Origin: Guillardia theta CCMP2712
Taxonomy: Eukaryota; Protista; Cryptophyta
Assembly: GCF_000315625.1 (NCBI RefSeq)
Contig: NW_005434662.1
Location: 537,794-601,793 of the forward strand
Direction of reading: 5' to 3'
Length of the DNA: 64,000 bases
This document shows, in pieces, positions 1-13,541 of this stretch. Position 1 is the stretch's first letter. The number at the start of each line of letters is the position of its first letter. Below the pieces are notes generated by a model. It was given only the letters and a program-made list of their open reading frames with translations. It was not told the origin of the DNA and did no database searches. The translations under genes were made by a program, and so were the position numbers.

Positions 1-3000
1 CCCGGCAGAGTTTCATTTTGTTCAGTTTTGTGTCTATCAGGTCCTTGTCCTTGATCTCCAACTTACTCAGGTGCTTCCAGACCTTTTCACCGATCATGCT
101 GTATACCGCAATAATGAACTCGATGGCCGAATTTCTAACTGACGCATCTCTCTCCGAAACAAAGGTACCTATAGTCGATATCACCTTGCCCGGATTACTC
201 GTGACCTCGTCCAATCCTTTTTCTTGAACCATGTAGCAGGCTACAGAAAGACATTCTGCCTTGGCCCGTTGATTTCGGGTGTGGAGCAAAGTATCCAGAA
301 GGAGATTGAAGAACTTGCTCGCTGGATACAGCGCAACAAGGATCAGAAGAGCTTCTCGGATCTGCTTGCGGACGTTCTCGTTGTTGGCTCCGACTTCTTC
401 CATCAGGCAAGGCAAGCACATTTGCGCTTCATAGTCAGATAGGCAGTAGTTTTCCTTGGTCAAGAAATCAAACAGATTCCTCAACAAGTCCAAAACTGCC
501 AACACAACAATTGTGTTGTTTCCTTTGCCAACCAGACGCAAGGAGCAAAATTTCAGGATCATATCCAGATTGTCAATCACCTCTTCAGCTTCAATTTGAA
601 ATGAATTCCCCATAATTCTCATGCCTTCCACTTGCTTTTTGAATTCCTTAGAGAAAAGTTTCGAGTGTATTTCAGAATCTATACATTGAAACATCTGCTC
701 GCTCATGGCTTGTACCAAACTTTCGACCTCTTTGGCGTTGTCAAGTATCCATTTGAATTTCCCATGTCGCTTTTCTCTCAGGTCCTTTTGATTGGTTCGC
801 CGAAAAATCCTTTGATTCAAGTTTGAAGGTGCAGATGCGGCAGATCCTTGGGAGGATGAAATGTTCTCCATAGCGTCAGGCTTCAGAATACTTTTTCTTA
901 CCATGGATGTGGCAGTTGAAGGCCTGCTCAACGAAAGACTCTTACGAGAATTCCGTGTTTCGCTGTCTTTCTCTCTGAACTTCGCGCTTGAGATGTTCCT
1001 TGACAACAGCGAGCTCCGCACGTTCCCATCTCTTCTGTCCTGTATGGGCGATCTCATGGATGAAGAAAGTTGAGGCGAGGGAGGCCTATGGGCGCTCAAA
1101 ACCCTTCCGTTGGAGTCTTGAGGGTCAGGGCTACTTGGCGACGATCGATGGGGCGGTCTGTCCTGCAAGTGATGTCCTGCCGCATGACTGGAAGAGCCCT
1201 CTTCGTTTGCTTCTTGCGCTGCCCTGCTACAAACAGCTTGAAGGGTTTCTGCTAGAGCAGGCTTCTGATCTCTGATGATCTTCTCTAACGTTTCTGTGCC
1301 GTTCAAAGAAATGATGGGAACCAGGCATCTCTCCGCTGCTGCCCGAATCTGCATGGATTAGAGATGCCTTAGGATATTCAACGGACTGAAGGGAAAGAGC
1401 CATACCTCAGCGTTCCTGTGTTGCAAGCTATCTATAATCGGTGGGAGAAGGCTAGACAGATCTAAGTCAGTCTTCTTATCCATGTTCTGAAGAAAATCAG
1501 CCATCCATCTGTCATGGATGTCAGTATCATGCTTGAGTTCAGCCTAATGATGTTCAGCTCATACCTCGTTGCATCCTCACGACCGGCGGGAGCTTCTACT
1601 GAAAGAGCGAAATGCGCATGACGAACAATGATATCGGGAGAAAGGTTCTTTGACAGCGTCTTCATGCATTCAAGAACCGCATCTCTTACGACCTTCTTAT
1701 TGTCTCCTATGAGGGGAAACAGGGAGGGCAGCACAATCTTGTTCACTTTCTCCATGTTGGGCCCAATCGCTTCCGTCAACTGGCTGAGCAACGAGATCGA
1801 CAGCATGACAATATTCTTATTGCTATCTCGCAATCTTGCCTTGAGCTGTGTCCAGAATTCTCCACCATTGACGTCCACGTATGGTCCTTGATGGCCCAGT
1901 GGTTTCGCTTTCTTCAAAGCGTCTTCAATGGCAATCAGAGAACTGTGGCGATCCTTCCAGTTGCTGTTCGAGAGCCCTTCCAACGATTTATGGACAATGG
2001 TTGCAAGCGGTGTTGCCTTGAATGATGCGTCATCAGTGAGCAATTCTTTCTCCTTGCCCGAAGCCTTGCAGACACGTCGAGGGGCTGCTGTTGTTGACAT
2101 GGGCGCTTCTTGCAATTCAGGAATGGAGCTGAACGCCTGCATTGAGTAAGTTCGTATGACATGTAGCGCATGCAGTTACAGTTCACCTCATCTATCACTG
2201 TAAGTAAAGCTGGCTTTACATCCGTCAAGAAGTTTCGGATGTCAGAACCAAGATGGATTCGCATGGTCTTAAGTATTTCGATTGAGCTCTTTTTCACCGT
2301 TGGATTTGGCGAGGTCAGCCTGAAAATTACTGGTGTATGAGGAACGATTTGGCGCAACAAGGAGGGATTTACATGTTCTTGATGAATCCCAAGAGCATCT
2401 TTGGATCCAAAACAGAGAATCCGAATTCCAAACAATATACTTGACAGAAGGCAAGAGCTTCGGAATGCACCTTCAGCATGTTTCAGTGTTTCACGATCCA
2501 CATCAATGGCATGCGCTTCGAACCTTTGGATTCTTGTGTTGACTGACTTGATCGATCACAGCATCCAGAACTTGCTTTGGATTGATCGCCTCTCCAAAAT
2601 TTAAGAGACAGTCGGTCACAACTTGCTTGAGCTTATGGCAAATCTCGTCAATTCCAATAGCATAACAGGAGGAATAGATACCTTGGCGTCAGAAAATTTG
2701 TCAACAAGTACCGGGATGTAGCTTTCGATGAGGTTCATGCTTTGCAACGAACGCTGCATTGAGACATGGTTACGATTGATCATAGATTTCCATCAAAAAT
2801 ATTTCTTCAAACAGAGCGTAAATGTCCATTGTGCATACAGGAATTGATATGATCAGTGCAAAAGAAAGGAAACCAGTCGGGTCCCTGTAATCCTTACCTT
2901 CAAGAACAGATCTGCAGCAATCTGAAAGACTTTAGCCAAGACCTATGCACAAGCATCATGATTGCCGTCTTCTCACCAGGAGACTTACCTGCATGTTGGT

Positions 3001-5576
3001 TTCTTTGCGATCGATGAACATTGCAGTCAGTAGCCTCAATAATGCCTGGTTTGATGAAGCATAAGTCCGAAACAGAATCCTAGGACACTCACCTGAGCAA
3101 TGTTCTCTTGGCCCATAAACTCCTCTATCTTGGTGACGTTCTCGAGTTCTGTGAGAGCTTCAAGCTTATCCTTCCATGCCCCAGTTTCCAGTCGCTCGAG
3201 CATGTTGGGATACTTGGTGTTGATTGCTTCTTTAGCAAAACTCTCTAACTCCTCATCTTTCAGGGCTGTGACTGACGTGCTGCTTGCTGTATCCTTCGCT
3301 TTTTTGACCGCATTCGAGCTTTCTCGAGCTTTACTTCCCAATGGTGTAGCTTCGACTTTGGTCGCCTCCCTTCCATGACCTTTCGCAGGCGATAGCTTCG
3401 GACTAGATTTTGCTCTTCCAATCACTTCCTTCGGGTTGCCTTCACTGCAGTCACACGAAGAAAGCAAACCTTAATTTCAGCCAACCTGCATCATCTTCCA
3501 GCGTGAGCAATCTCGGTTTACTTCTCGTCTTGACGCTCGGAGAATTCCTCGCTGGTGAGGAAGGAACAGATTTGGTTCGCTGACTTGTTGAGCTTTCAGC
3601 AGTCTCTTCATTCTGCCTGGACTCCAGGCGTGCTCTCAGCTTCTCGTCCAATATCTCCATTGGAATATGAAGATTCTCTACAGCAGCTGCAGACGCGAGA
3701 CACGACATTGAGGCCTTTGCTGCATCTCGAACCTCGGATGCACTGCATTCGATCACTGCTCAACCGCGAATGAGAGGTAGCAAACAATTACTTGTCATTC
3801 GTTGCTTTTCCAATGACTTCAACCAAATGCTTCACCCAGAGGCTCAAATCCTGCCAAGTACGTCAGAAGCATGTTCCGAAACGGCCCATCACTCAATGAA
3901 CAGGAAACGAGGGATCTGAATTGATCCATACATCAGCTTTTCTGCGCTCTACCAACACTTGAAGCAATTTCACCGCCTCAATCTTAGCCTGTTGCCCATG
4001 TAAATTCAAGAGCAATCTGGAACATGCGATGCAAAGAAACCAACCTTGATACTAATTTTGGGTTCGAGAACTTTGGAAATTTCGTCCAACACATCGTCTG
4101 CACACAAGGAACTGAAAAGGAAAACGACTGAGGGATTGAACACTCAGTTTTGCGCTGACCTAGGATACAACGAAAGGAACGCAGCATGCAGCGCTTCGGT
4201 CACTCGGCGATCTTTGTCTCGAAAATGATCCAGTAGGGGTCCAATACACAATCTTGCATATGGAGAAAAAGACTTGCGAAGTCCTGTACGAAAGTGAATG
4301 GAAGGACCTAAATTCGACATGCGAAAACTTCATTAACAAACCTCCTGCTAGATTTGAAATGCAAGTTGCAGCGGTGGAAACAACCAGTACCATCGAATCG
4401 TTGAAAAGTTTGAGTAGAGTTTTTACAATCTCCCCGTAATCTCCAGGAGCTATCCTTGGCACCTGGAAGCAATGCTACTTCAAAAGAGACACAGGGGGTA
4501 AAAGAGAACGAAAACGCGAGCAAGAAAGACGTCGAATAGCATTACCTTTGAAAGTTCCATCAAAGTATTCAATTTCTCGAGTCTGATTTGCCATTTTGGC
4601 TCAGAGGTCACTTGCTGACACCAATCCTCTGGGATCTGCTTCAAAACATTCACAGGATCTGAAATCTCCCACAGGTCCAGCTCTGGGAGAGTTTGGACTG
4701 GTTGATCTTCCATGGCCTTGACGTCCGACCCCTGTCCAAGGTTCTGATCGCGACCCGTTGTATCTGCTGGGTCCTCATTCTCCTTGATTTCCACGCTCGA
4801 CTTCTCCATTTGTGCTAGTGCGTCATCGATTTCCTTCTGCTGCGCAGGCCGCAGATTTTGATACTTTTCCCTGAGAGACGAGCCTGGGGAAGAAAGATTT
4901 AGCTGCTGCACACCACAAGAACGACATCACCAAAGACTTTGAAGATTGACAGGGCGATGGGGAGTGCTTCAGCTCTCACAGAGGTCACGGTGCTATCGAA
5001 GAGCTGCACAGAAAGCGATATGATCTCCTTCAACAGCGCCTTGTCAAAGGTGGGCAATCCTTCCGACTGCAAGTAAATCCGCAGGGACTCCACGGCGGCG
5101 GCAGCTATCTTCGGCTGTTTCGAAGAAGCGGCTGCCATCAGTTCGGTGACCACCACGTTGGAATGAAGCTTGCACATCTGCAGCAAAGCTCTCTGTGCTT
5201 TGCCTCGACATTTGGCTTGAACCAGCCCCTTGTAAACGAGCCTGGCTGACAACTGCGGGCTAATTTCCTTCATCGAATGCTCGGAAGCATTTTCAATGAA
5301 GCACACCGCCGCCTCAATGCCTTTCTCTTGCACAATCACATTGGAATCATCGACGCCTTCGAGAACATAGCGCATTACCTCTTCCTCCTTGCATCCTTTG
5401 AAACCGCTCCTGACCTTGGCGGCTACAGCTACCAGGCAGTCGCTGCGATCCTTCCAATTCTTGCTTGCAAACTTCGACTCAAGGGCACCCATGTCCAGGT
5501 CCGCCTGCCCTTGGCCGTTCTCTCCGTCCCCTCCCGCGGTATCATCGAAGTCGCTGAACTTTCCCGGTCCCAGCAT
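1..5576 (-). CDS. CKAP5: XMAP215/ch-TOG/MOR1-family microtubule polymerase (multiple TOG/HEAT domains), multi-exon, 3' end runs off the window
   Basis: Repeated TOG starts in successive exons: ASKNWKDR, SEPKWQIRLEKL, GAWKDKLEAL, SNSNWKDRH. Also DSNVIVQEKG, GDYGEIVKTL, LRDSNKNIV and GDNKKVVRDA. Exons are separated by short GT-AG introns. Confidence 0.9.
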
Positions 5577-5699
5577 GTTCAGCCCTCTCGTCCTCTCATC
5601 CTTTCCTCCCCCTGGATCCCGCCATATTTTCCTCCAAATCTCATTTGATGATGTCGACCCGCCTCATCAGCCCCCTCACATCTCAATCCAACATCACTG

Positions 5700-5960
5700 A
5701 CCCGCCTCAGTTAATGACAGGCCGGCCCAGTGATCGGACCGTCGACGGGCCGCCGGGGACCCGGGCCGCTCAGCTGTGGGCGAAGGCGACGGCCCGGAGT
5801 CGGATCATTGCTTACAGCCGAGACGGCCGGTCGCCGGACGGCTCAGCTCGTTTAAAATTCTCTGGTCAATCTGAGTTCCTTCAAACGAGTCACACTCTCG
5901 GTGACTAGCTAGTGACTCGTGACCATACTACTGCCGATCTGAGTGGCTCCGAGGCTCCAA
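5700..5960. other. GC-rich palindrome-rich intergenic island
   Basis: CCGG/CGG-rich segment with palindromes ccgtcgacgg (5739-5748) and actagctagt (5904-5913), plus TGACTC/GAGTCA words. Lies upstream of the TOG gene. Confidence 0.6.
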
Positions 5961-6059
5961 GGTTGATTCATTTCTCACGATCATGACGACTTCTAATTTA
6001 CAGTGAACGCGTAAATGCTTGGAGAAATTGCAAGCCTCCCTTCCTGTAGCAGAAAAGCA

Positions 6060-7448
6060 TCAATTCCTAGGTTTGCCTTTCGCACCAACCATTACATCAT
6101 CGCTGTCATAGTCTTCATTTGTCTCTGCTGATTCCGTAGGATCCATATCAGACAATTCTCGGCGACGCAACGCCTGTTCGAAGCAAAAGGCCTCATCGAC
6201 GTATTTGTGCAGAGCAAGCAACGACTACCTTTGACAGAAACGTGAAGAGCTTGGCGTTCCCCTCTGCTAGCTGAGACCTTGCTAAGTCTAAAGCTGTCTT
6301 GCCCCACTCATCGGGCCTCGTCACATCTGTGTGAACCACGAGTCACGTCGTCCACCCACATCCCTCACCGCATCACCTGCTCCATGATCGATGAGCACCC
6401 GCGCGGCCTCGAGTTGCTCACACCAGACTGCCTCATGGAGAGGCGTGTACTTGTAGCCTGCTGCTCCTGCACAGCCATGAGCACGCATCCAGCACTTGGA
6501 GGTCCATGGGATACCTCTCTCTGCACCATGCACATCAGCTCCTGATCTGATCAAGACCCGGATCGTCTCGATGTGCCCGCCGGCGGCTGCTCTGTGCAAG
6601 GCAGTCCATTGCATCTTGTCGTGGTGGTTCACATCTGCACCGAGTTGAAGGAGTTTGATCACAGTCTTCACGCGGCCATCAGCGGCAGCATACTGCAAAG
6701 GAGTGTAGCCAAAGTTGTTGCTGGCATTAACCAGCCAAGAGGCATTCTTTGCGATCGTCTCTACTGTATGTGTGTGTCCATTGTATGCCGCATAGTGAAG
6801 TATGGAGCTCCTGCGCTTGTCAGTAAAGTTCATGTCGGCCCCAAGGACTGCCAACAAATCGACAGCATCCTTGTGTCCACATTCGGCTGCTTTCAAGATC
6901 GCACATTGATGTTCCTCGTTGATGAAGTTTACATCAGCCCCCATCTGTACAAACTTCCTGATCTTCTCTAATTTGCCCTTCTTCGCGGCTCGAATCAGTC
7001 TTAGATTGGCTTCATTTTCTCTGTCCAAACTGAAGCCAAGACACGCACCTCCACCCGTAACTCGCAGGCAGAAGTCTTTTCGCATGGCCTCCAAGTGTTT
7101 CAATCTTGTTTCGAATTGAGCTGCCGAAACAAGACCCCTGTCCAGGGATCCATCCCGAGTCACCGAGAGGTTCCTTGCTCCAAAACAGATGTCCGGTCCA
7201 AAATACGATCTGCTAACGAATGCACAAGGTAGTTGGTATGAATTGTCGCGGCAAAGCGAAGAAACCCTTGCTTTGTGCTCTCCCTCCGTCAGGCAAGCAT
7301 AGAATCTCGCAAAATTGAAAGTACCGGACAACCCCTTGCAGGTGGTGGCTGTCTTTCCAGGTATCATCAGAATTGAAAACAGCAGAAACCATTGAGGGGC
7401 CCGTAGCTTCAAAACTGAGAATGGAATCATAAGACAAGGACTTGTCAT
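6060..7448 (-). CDS. Ankyrin repeat protein (start uncertain, 3' exons spliced)
   Basis: ORF 6321-7448 has about 6 ankyrin repeats (GYTPLQYAA, WTALHRAAAGGH, YTPLHEAV). After an intron it continues as TALDLAR and reaches TGA at about 6060. Confidence 0.85.
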
Positions 7449-7814
7449 GTTCGTCCCATGGATGGTTGGGCCCTGTTCCTCTCAACAATGTGAGTGTAAG
7501 CTTCGATTGGTATTGTGTGTTGTTGTGTTTGAAAATTTCTTTGCGGCAGATGACGCGCACGAATCAATTTCCATTGTTCTACGTTGAGGCGTGTCTGCTC
7601 TTTGCAAGGCTTCAGAGTTTTCAAGTGTTCATCACCACCCACTGCGTCTTGAGCAGAAGAGCCCTCAGGTTGTGCTGAGACCCAGCCTAGGATCACGCTC
7701 TTGTAGTGCGAGACATGTCAGCCTCTCCGCGACATCCCCTCCTTCTTTCCACTTCCTGCCTGCCTATTGCAACCGCACGGCCCCCTGTGGCTCCTGCATT
7801 AGAGATCCGTATCC

Positions 7815-8100
7815 CTGACGGGGCGGGCTTGTACAACTGTCGTGACTCGGGGCACTCGGAGCGGCCGGGCCGGGGCGCCCGGGCCCGACTCAGGAAACTG
7901 CACTGCCGCGCGGTCGACAGTACGTTGAACGATCAGGGTAAGGCTTCGGACCGTCAGACGGTCCGATCAGAGCGCCCGAGCCTGATGAGAACCAGTCGGT
8001 CTCTCCAGCTCGGTCATGCCGCAGTGCCCGGCCGCCGGCCGGCGGGGACTCCCCGTCAGTCCACTTAGGTGCGCAGTAACATTGGGTGACTCAAGCTACA
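7815..8100. other. GC-rich palindrome-rich intergenic island
   Basis: tcggaccgtc-a-gacggtccga (7946-7966), ccgccggccggcgg (8032-8045), cgggga-c-tccccg (8043-8055), TGACTC words. Confidence 0.65.
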
Positions 8101-8159
8101 CACGCAGGCAGATTCTCAGTGAAAACTTTGTACATGCGGCAGCTCACGGGTTGACCTTT

Positions 8160-9687
8160 CACTTGTGAAATCTACCGACCTCCTGCGGGGTCGCTGAAGG
8201 ACTTTCTACCTCAGGTTGGTTCCAACCCAGACGTATCTCTACAAACGCCTCACTTGTTTCTTGTCTGTCCTGCGATCACCATGATGTCAGTCAAGAAGTG
8301 AGAAAAGGAACTTGCCTCAGGAGGAGGGGTCAACGGCAGCAAGTTGGGGCACCCATCGAGCTCTGAACTCAAGCTTAAGCGCCTGCAACTGGAGAATCAG
8401 AAGAGAGTAGGCGCACCAGAGCAGAAAAGGATGCACGCAGCTCACAATGAGTTACCTGTTGTTTCCCTCAGCCATCATACTCGAAAGCAAGGTGTCATGT
8501 TCGTATGCTTCATGCTCGTCATGATGTCGAGAAATCTCGATCAGAGAAATCTACGTTCCAAGTATCACACATCAAGGCCTCGGAGTATCGCACCTACCGG
8601 TTGTATTGTTGAGACTGAGTAATTCGATCGTCTCCCGCTGCAGCTCGACGTTAACGTAAACAGCACCACGAGGAAAGGCTCTCACTTCTTCACAACAAAC
8701 ACGAGTCTCAACAACCTTACAATGTCCCTTATCACACGGCTGGGCGGCAGAGAGTCAGCACAAGAGCAATGGAAACACACGGATACATGAGAAGGGCCAA
8801 ATCTTCTTCCAAGGTCTCTGAGATTGCCTGGCTAACTGTTTCAAAACATCGCACTTGTGAAAATTCCATACCGGCATATAAACAAACGCAAAGAGCGCTC
8901 CGACACACATCACAGCAAGAACCTGTACACGCCAATTTAAATTCCTGGGGCAAAGACGTTCCGAATACCGCATCGAATACGTTGGAACGATTTGAGCAGA
9001 AATTCCAAAATCCTTCAGCGAAGGCCTGAAAAAGAAAAGGAAGGCATCAACACCATCCTCCTATTTGCATCACTTGCTCACCCGAATCATGACCTCCACC
9101 AATAGCGCAACTGTTATGAAAACCTCCAACAACTGCAACACATGACGTCACAAGATGTCAGGTTGCAACGTCCCCAACCAGAAACCACACGATGTGTGGA
9201 GCCTCGTCGTACTTGTAGAAGCTGTATACAATAGCAAATACATTTATACATATCATGAGAACCTGCAGACTCGTGTCACGCCATGAAACTTTTGAGTTGG
9301 TTGATTACGTAATAGTAACTGAACCATGAGGAGAAAACGATCAGTCGAGCATAGCCCCTCAGCTGTTGCGTTTCATGCGCGTACTTCCTCTTGTTGTAGC
9401 TGAGCAAGAAGTGAGTCGCTTGTACTTTCCACGATGTCCATCTCACCGGAAAGGAATTTTCCCGAAAGAGCTTTTGATGCCGGACAGTTTCGGCAAGCCC
9501 CTGAACCCTGACAAACAGCGCATCAGCAGAAGCTGCTTCCCTCCAACATGCCAGTACCTTTCGATGTCTCGAGCTGGCCTGCGCACAGTGTGGGAATATT
9601 TTCGTCTCCTTGCTCCGAGTCTCCAGGATGGTGGTGGCTGGGACTTTCTGACTCGTCCGCCAGCTCCCCGAACGGAGTGGGCAACAT
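8160..9687 (-). CDS. Voltage-sensor-domain-only (4-TM, S1-S4) membrane protein, multi-exon
   Basis: Manual splicing from ATG 9687 gives ...RLIVFSSWFSYYY|VLMIC (S1), LLEVFITVALLVEVMIR (S2), AFAEGFWNFCSNRSNVFDAV (S3) and RVIRDIVRLLRLVFVVKK (S4, periodic Arg). No pore domain follows. The 3' end is approximate. Confidence 0.7.
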
Positions 9688-10145
9688 CCCTTGCGGTCAG
9701 GGTAGCAGCAGCCAAGGAGGCCGAACTATCTAGAGCGAGCTATCTCCTTCCTGTCCTTATCTGCAGAAGACCGAATCAACATGGTCAGTTCGCTATAAGT
9801 TATGGCGATACCCTGATGACCTCCCGACGAAGCCACAAATGCATGCTGGGAGGAGAAACCAGTGACCCAATATTCCCAGACCTCCAAGTCACGTGCCTTC
9901 GTTCCTTCAAACTCGGCTCTACCTAACTTATCATAGCTCATGTCCCTTCGGCGTCTCTCTCCTACACCCGTCTGCTCCTCCTTCGCTGCCCTCCTCTTCC
10001 TCCTCCCTCAGCCTGCATCGTTACACCGGTCCCAGCAGAAAAACAAATTCGTGTAAAAGAGAACAAAAAAACCGACCTTGCAATGCTCCGATCAGAATCG
10101 TATGGCCGGGCGGATGAGCATGGGATAAGGAGAAGAGTGAGGAGG

Positions 10146-10187
10146 CAGGAGGAGGAGGAGGAGGAGGAGGAGGAGGAGGAGGAGGAG
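10146..10187. repeat. (GAG)n trinucleotide microsatellite
   Basis: About 13 GAG/GGA units, seen directly. Confidence 0.9.
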
Positions 10188-10270
10188 AGTAATGATGACA
10201 TGGACCAAGTAGATGCAAGGTTTATCTCAATAGCCTGTACGCACTTTCTTATGTGACACCTGGAGACACG

Positions 10271-11728
10271 ATGACCAGGAGCTGCAGCTTGTCTAGTTGC
10301 TCCCTCATTCTCCTCCTCGTTCTCGACTTGTCTTGCTGTGTTCCGCAGCCATTGAGCCAGACCCCGAGCGCTGACGAGAAGGTCAAGCACAAAGATGTGT
10401 GCAGGACACGTGATATCGAAGCCATCTACGCTCGTGAAGGGCTTGCAGAGTTCTTCCGAGTCCATGATAACGAGCGGAGACTTCATGAGGAAAGGCCTTG
10501 GCAGAGGAAGTCAAGACGGTTTCTTGCTTGCAAACCGATGGGTGGGATTGGAAACTACATCAGCGGTTTGATGTCATGCCTGGCTATGGCTATGGCCACG
10601 AACAGAAGCCTGTTGCTGGCAAAGCCTCCTCCCACTCCTCCTGAAAAGACCACAACCTATGATGTTCCAGTATCACAAATGTTTGACTTCCCGGTCAACA
10701 TGTCTCTTGGAATCTTTGGTCCTGTGGAAGACATCCCATTCTTGGTGGACAAAGATGGAAATGCTCAGGAGACAGCTGACTTACAGATGATAGACATACG
10801 TTCCCATGATCTTCTTTGCATCAACTTCTCATCTGTTTACCACAAACCGATTGTGGTGATGCCTGCACATCTGTGGTTGAGCGCGATCACAATGAACAAG
10901 TTCCATTCGCCATGGTTTCAAGAGCATTACGGCGTCGACCGCCACGGTGTTGTGCCGTTCGTACAGAAGGTTGGCCCAAGTTTCGTCCGTCCGAAACGGG
11001 AGCTTCAAGCTTTGATCGACCAGCTCTGGGGGTTTCTGACCAAGGACGTCAATCTTAACAATGTCATCGGCCTTCAAGTCCGTGTGGGCATGCCCATTGA
11101 CACCAGAGCTTACAACGACAGGCCTCCACCGGGTTCTGCTCCCGAGTTTGTCCGATGTGCCTACTCCTACATGTCGGCGCCATGCAAGGAGAGGCCTTCG
11201 GCATGGATCATCGCAGCAGACCAGATGCAGAGCAAACGCGAAATCATCGTACAGATTGCTATCAACGAAGGCCCCGTGGTTGCTGCTGCAAACGAGGAGG
11301 GTCTCAGAAACACTCTGGGCATTCCCGCTGATTTCTTCGCGCACGACGGCAAACTCTCTCCTCCGGCTGGCACTATCAAGCAGTTGCCTTTCTCTGAAGC
11401 TCTGGCCCAGCTCGGGTTCGCTTTGCTGGAGTTTGCGTCCGGTGCGAGGGCGCTGGTCTTGGCCTCGTCCTCTCCTATGAGCACCATCAGTAGCATGAGG
11501 GCAGCGGTTGTCGAAATGTTCCTCCTAAAGCTGGCCGATCTTCTGGTGATCACTGAGAACTCGACATTCTGGATACCAGCTGTTGCCTTCGTTCCAAGGA
11601 GACGCTGGGGGGACGGAGAGAAGGAGCATCGTTGTAAGGAGCGAGGAAGGAGCTGTTGCGATGATGGTGTGTACATCATGACAACGACTAGGAGGTTGTG
11701 TTGGACCTCTAGCTCTCTCACAAACTGA
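10271..11728 (+). CDS. Fucosyltransferase-like glycosyltransferase (GT11/GT23/GT37-type fold) with N-terminal signal/anchor
   Basis: Hydrophobic N-terminus, then motifs GGIGNYISGLMSCLAMAMATNRSL, VIGLQVRVG and AVVEMFLLKLADLLVITENSTF. The last exon may be spliced differently. Confidence 0.75.
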   Translation: MTRSCSLSSCSLILLLVLDLSCCVPQPLSQTPSADEKVKHKDVCRTRDIEAIYAREGLAEFFRVHDNERRLHEERPWQRKSRRFLACKPMGGIGNYISGLMSCLAMAMATNRSLLLAKPPPTPPEKTTTYDVPVSQMFDFPVNMSLGIFGPVEDIPFLVDKDGNAQETADLQMIDIRSHDLLCINFSSVYHKPIVVMPAHLWLSAITMNKFHSPWFQEHYGVDRHGVVPFVQKVGPSFVRPKRELQALIDQLWGFLTKDVNLNNVIGLQVRVGMPIDTRAYNDRPPPGSAPEFVRCAYSYMSAPCKERPSAWIIAADQMQSKREIIVQIAINEGPVVAAANEEGLRNTLGIPADFFAHDGKLSPPAGTIKQLPFSEALAQLGFALLEFASGARALVLASSSPMSTISSMRAAVVEMFLLKLADLLVITENSTFWIPAVAFVPRRRWGDGEKEHRCKERGRSCCDDGVYIMTTTRRLCWTSSSLTN

Positions 11729-11999
11729 CTAGTCCATCAGATGCTATCCCTTGCCGACCTTTGAGCCGACGTCCGACGCGGGGTACCGGAGTCGTGCAAT
11801 GACTCGTTCTCCCTGCTACTCTGACTCGGTTCTTGACCCTTCAGTCACGTGGCTTCCCCCCTCGTGATATCAAAGTCTTGCAAGACCGTAGTAGGTCATC
11901 TTTAGAGATGTTTACAGACATTCAAAAAGGAGAGAGAATATGTGGTTTCGGGTTAGGTTGTAGGATCCTCAAAAAACCCAACTAGCAGATCTTGGCTCC

Positions 12000-13541
12000 A
12001 AGGCAGACAAACAAAATCAGGACAGCACACTGCTTTGAAGATCTTCCAGGCAGTCTAAGACATTCACGAGGTCATCCTTTGCATCTTGTAGACCTTGTAT
12101 TTCCCTGTCATTGCAGTCACACCAAAACGGCAAAACCCTTTTCATCTTTCACGTACTTCTCCACAGTCATTAGCTGCAGCAGCGACAAGTTTTTCTGCAA
12201 ACTAGATCATCTCAAACGCTCTCTACAGCTCTCAAAGAACCTGATTGACCCCATCTTCGTCCTCCTCGTTCGAGCTTGGCTGTTTCATGAGCATGGTCAG
12301 CCCGAATGCACGCAAACTTCTCATGGCACAAACCTCTGCAAGTACTTCGATAAGATGCTGCAGCTCCGGATCTGATTCGTCACGAATCTTCTTTGATCGC
12401 CGTACAGCCGGTCCACTCTTGTGAATCTTGTTTTGAAGATATGGCTGTGAACAGAAAACAAAATTGTAAATGGGCCAACTTGCAACGAGAAAATGTCGTT
12501 ATGTAGCAAAAATGATCACAAAGATTCAAAATTCATCACTTGAAGGCTTTGGAATAATTCTTGTTTGGCCCCATTCTGTTGACCCCACAAACCATATGCT
12601 TGACGCAAAATCTTTTTGCGAACTTCCTTTTTCAGCTTCTTTATCTGGAGCATCTCAAAGTTTTAGCCACTCCATGACAAGATGCCTTTGCAGAACCTGA
12701 TCGTAGCAGGGATTCTCGTAAGGGCTTCTCAGATTCTTGTCTGGGGTAACGCTTTCAACTATAGCTTTCAGCCTCAAAGCTTTTGTCTGTCGCACTCAAG
12801 TTACTTTCTACCCCAACGGACTCCAAGCTTGCCTTCAATCTCTCCAGGTCTTCGGCAGGATCTTTTGTGGCCGGCCTTGCAAGCGGCAGCTCTTGCTTTG
12901 CAGTTCTACTCCCAATGCAATCAATCTCACAGTGATACTGGCCTGGACCAGGGATCTGCATAAAGTGAGGACGGAGCAATCTCTGAGCGCGTTCATATCA
13001 CTTTCTGACTCCGCAGAATCTTCCATTCGAGATCAGACTTGGCCTTTCCGGTTGGAAATCGGACGTATCTTGGTTCAGAGACCAGCCTTCCTCGGTGAGT
13101 GATAGGAACCTGATACCTACACAACAGAAAAGCAACGATACAATCATCAGGCGCGTCCCAACACCTTGCAGCTATCAACACTCACTGTCCTGGCCCTGGC
13201 ATCTTGGCCTTGTAGTATTCGATCCATTCAAGCTCCGTCTTAGGCTTGGCTGTACTGAAGCGAACACCTTCATTCTCCTGCCGTTTCTGGGGACTGTACG
13301 ATCCTGGCCCTGGGATGTTCCTGGTCCTCCTGATCTCAAGATCTATTAAGGTCTGAGCCGTACATGTCAGTGAGAGTCAGATCGCACAGACTCTCTGCCG
13401 TGAGGAGGAGGAGAGTACCGGTAGCTTCCCCTCGCTGAAGATCCCTCCTCGAGCACCGAACATGTTGTAGCGGTACCGGACATGCTCCTCTCGGGACTCG
13501 CTCGTCTTCCTCCCCGGCGACTGCGAAACCTCCGACATCAT
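12000..13541 (-). CDS. PGPGxY (SHIPPO/ODF3/STPG-like) repeat protein, probably ciliary; multi-exon, 3' end approximate
   Basis: Spliced translation from ATG 13541 contains NIPGPGSY, KPKTELEW...KMPGPGQ and KAKSDLEW...IPGPGQY repeats. Confidence 0.65.
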
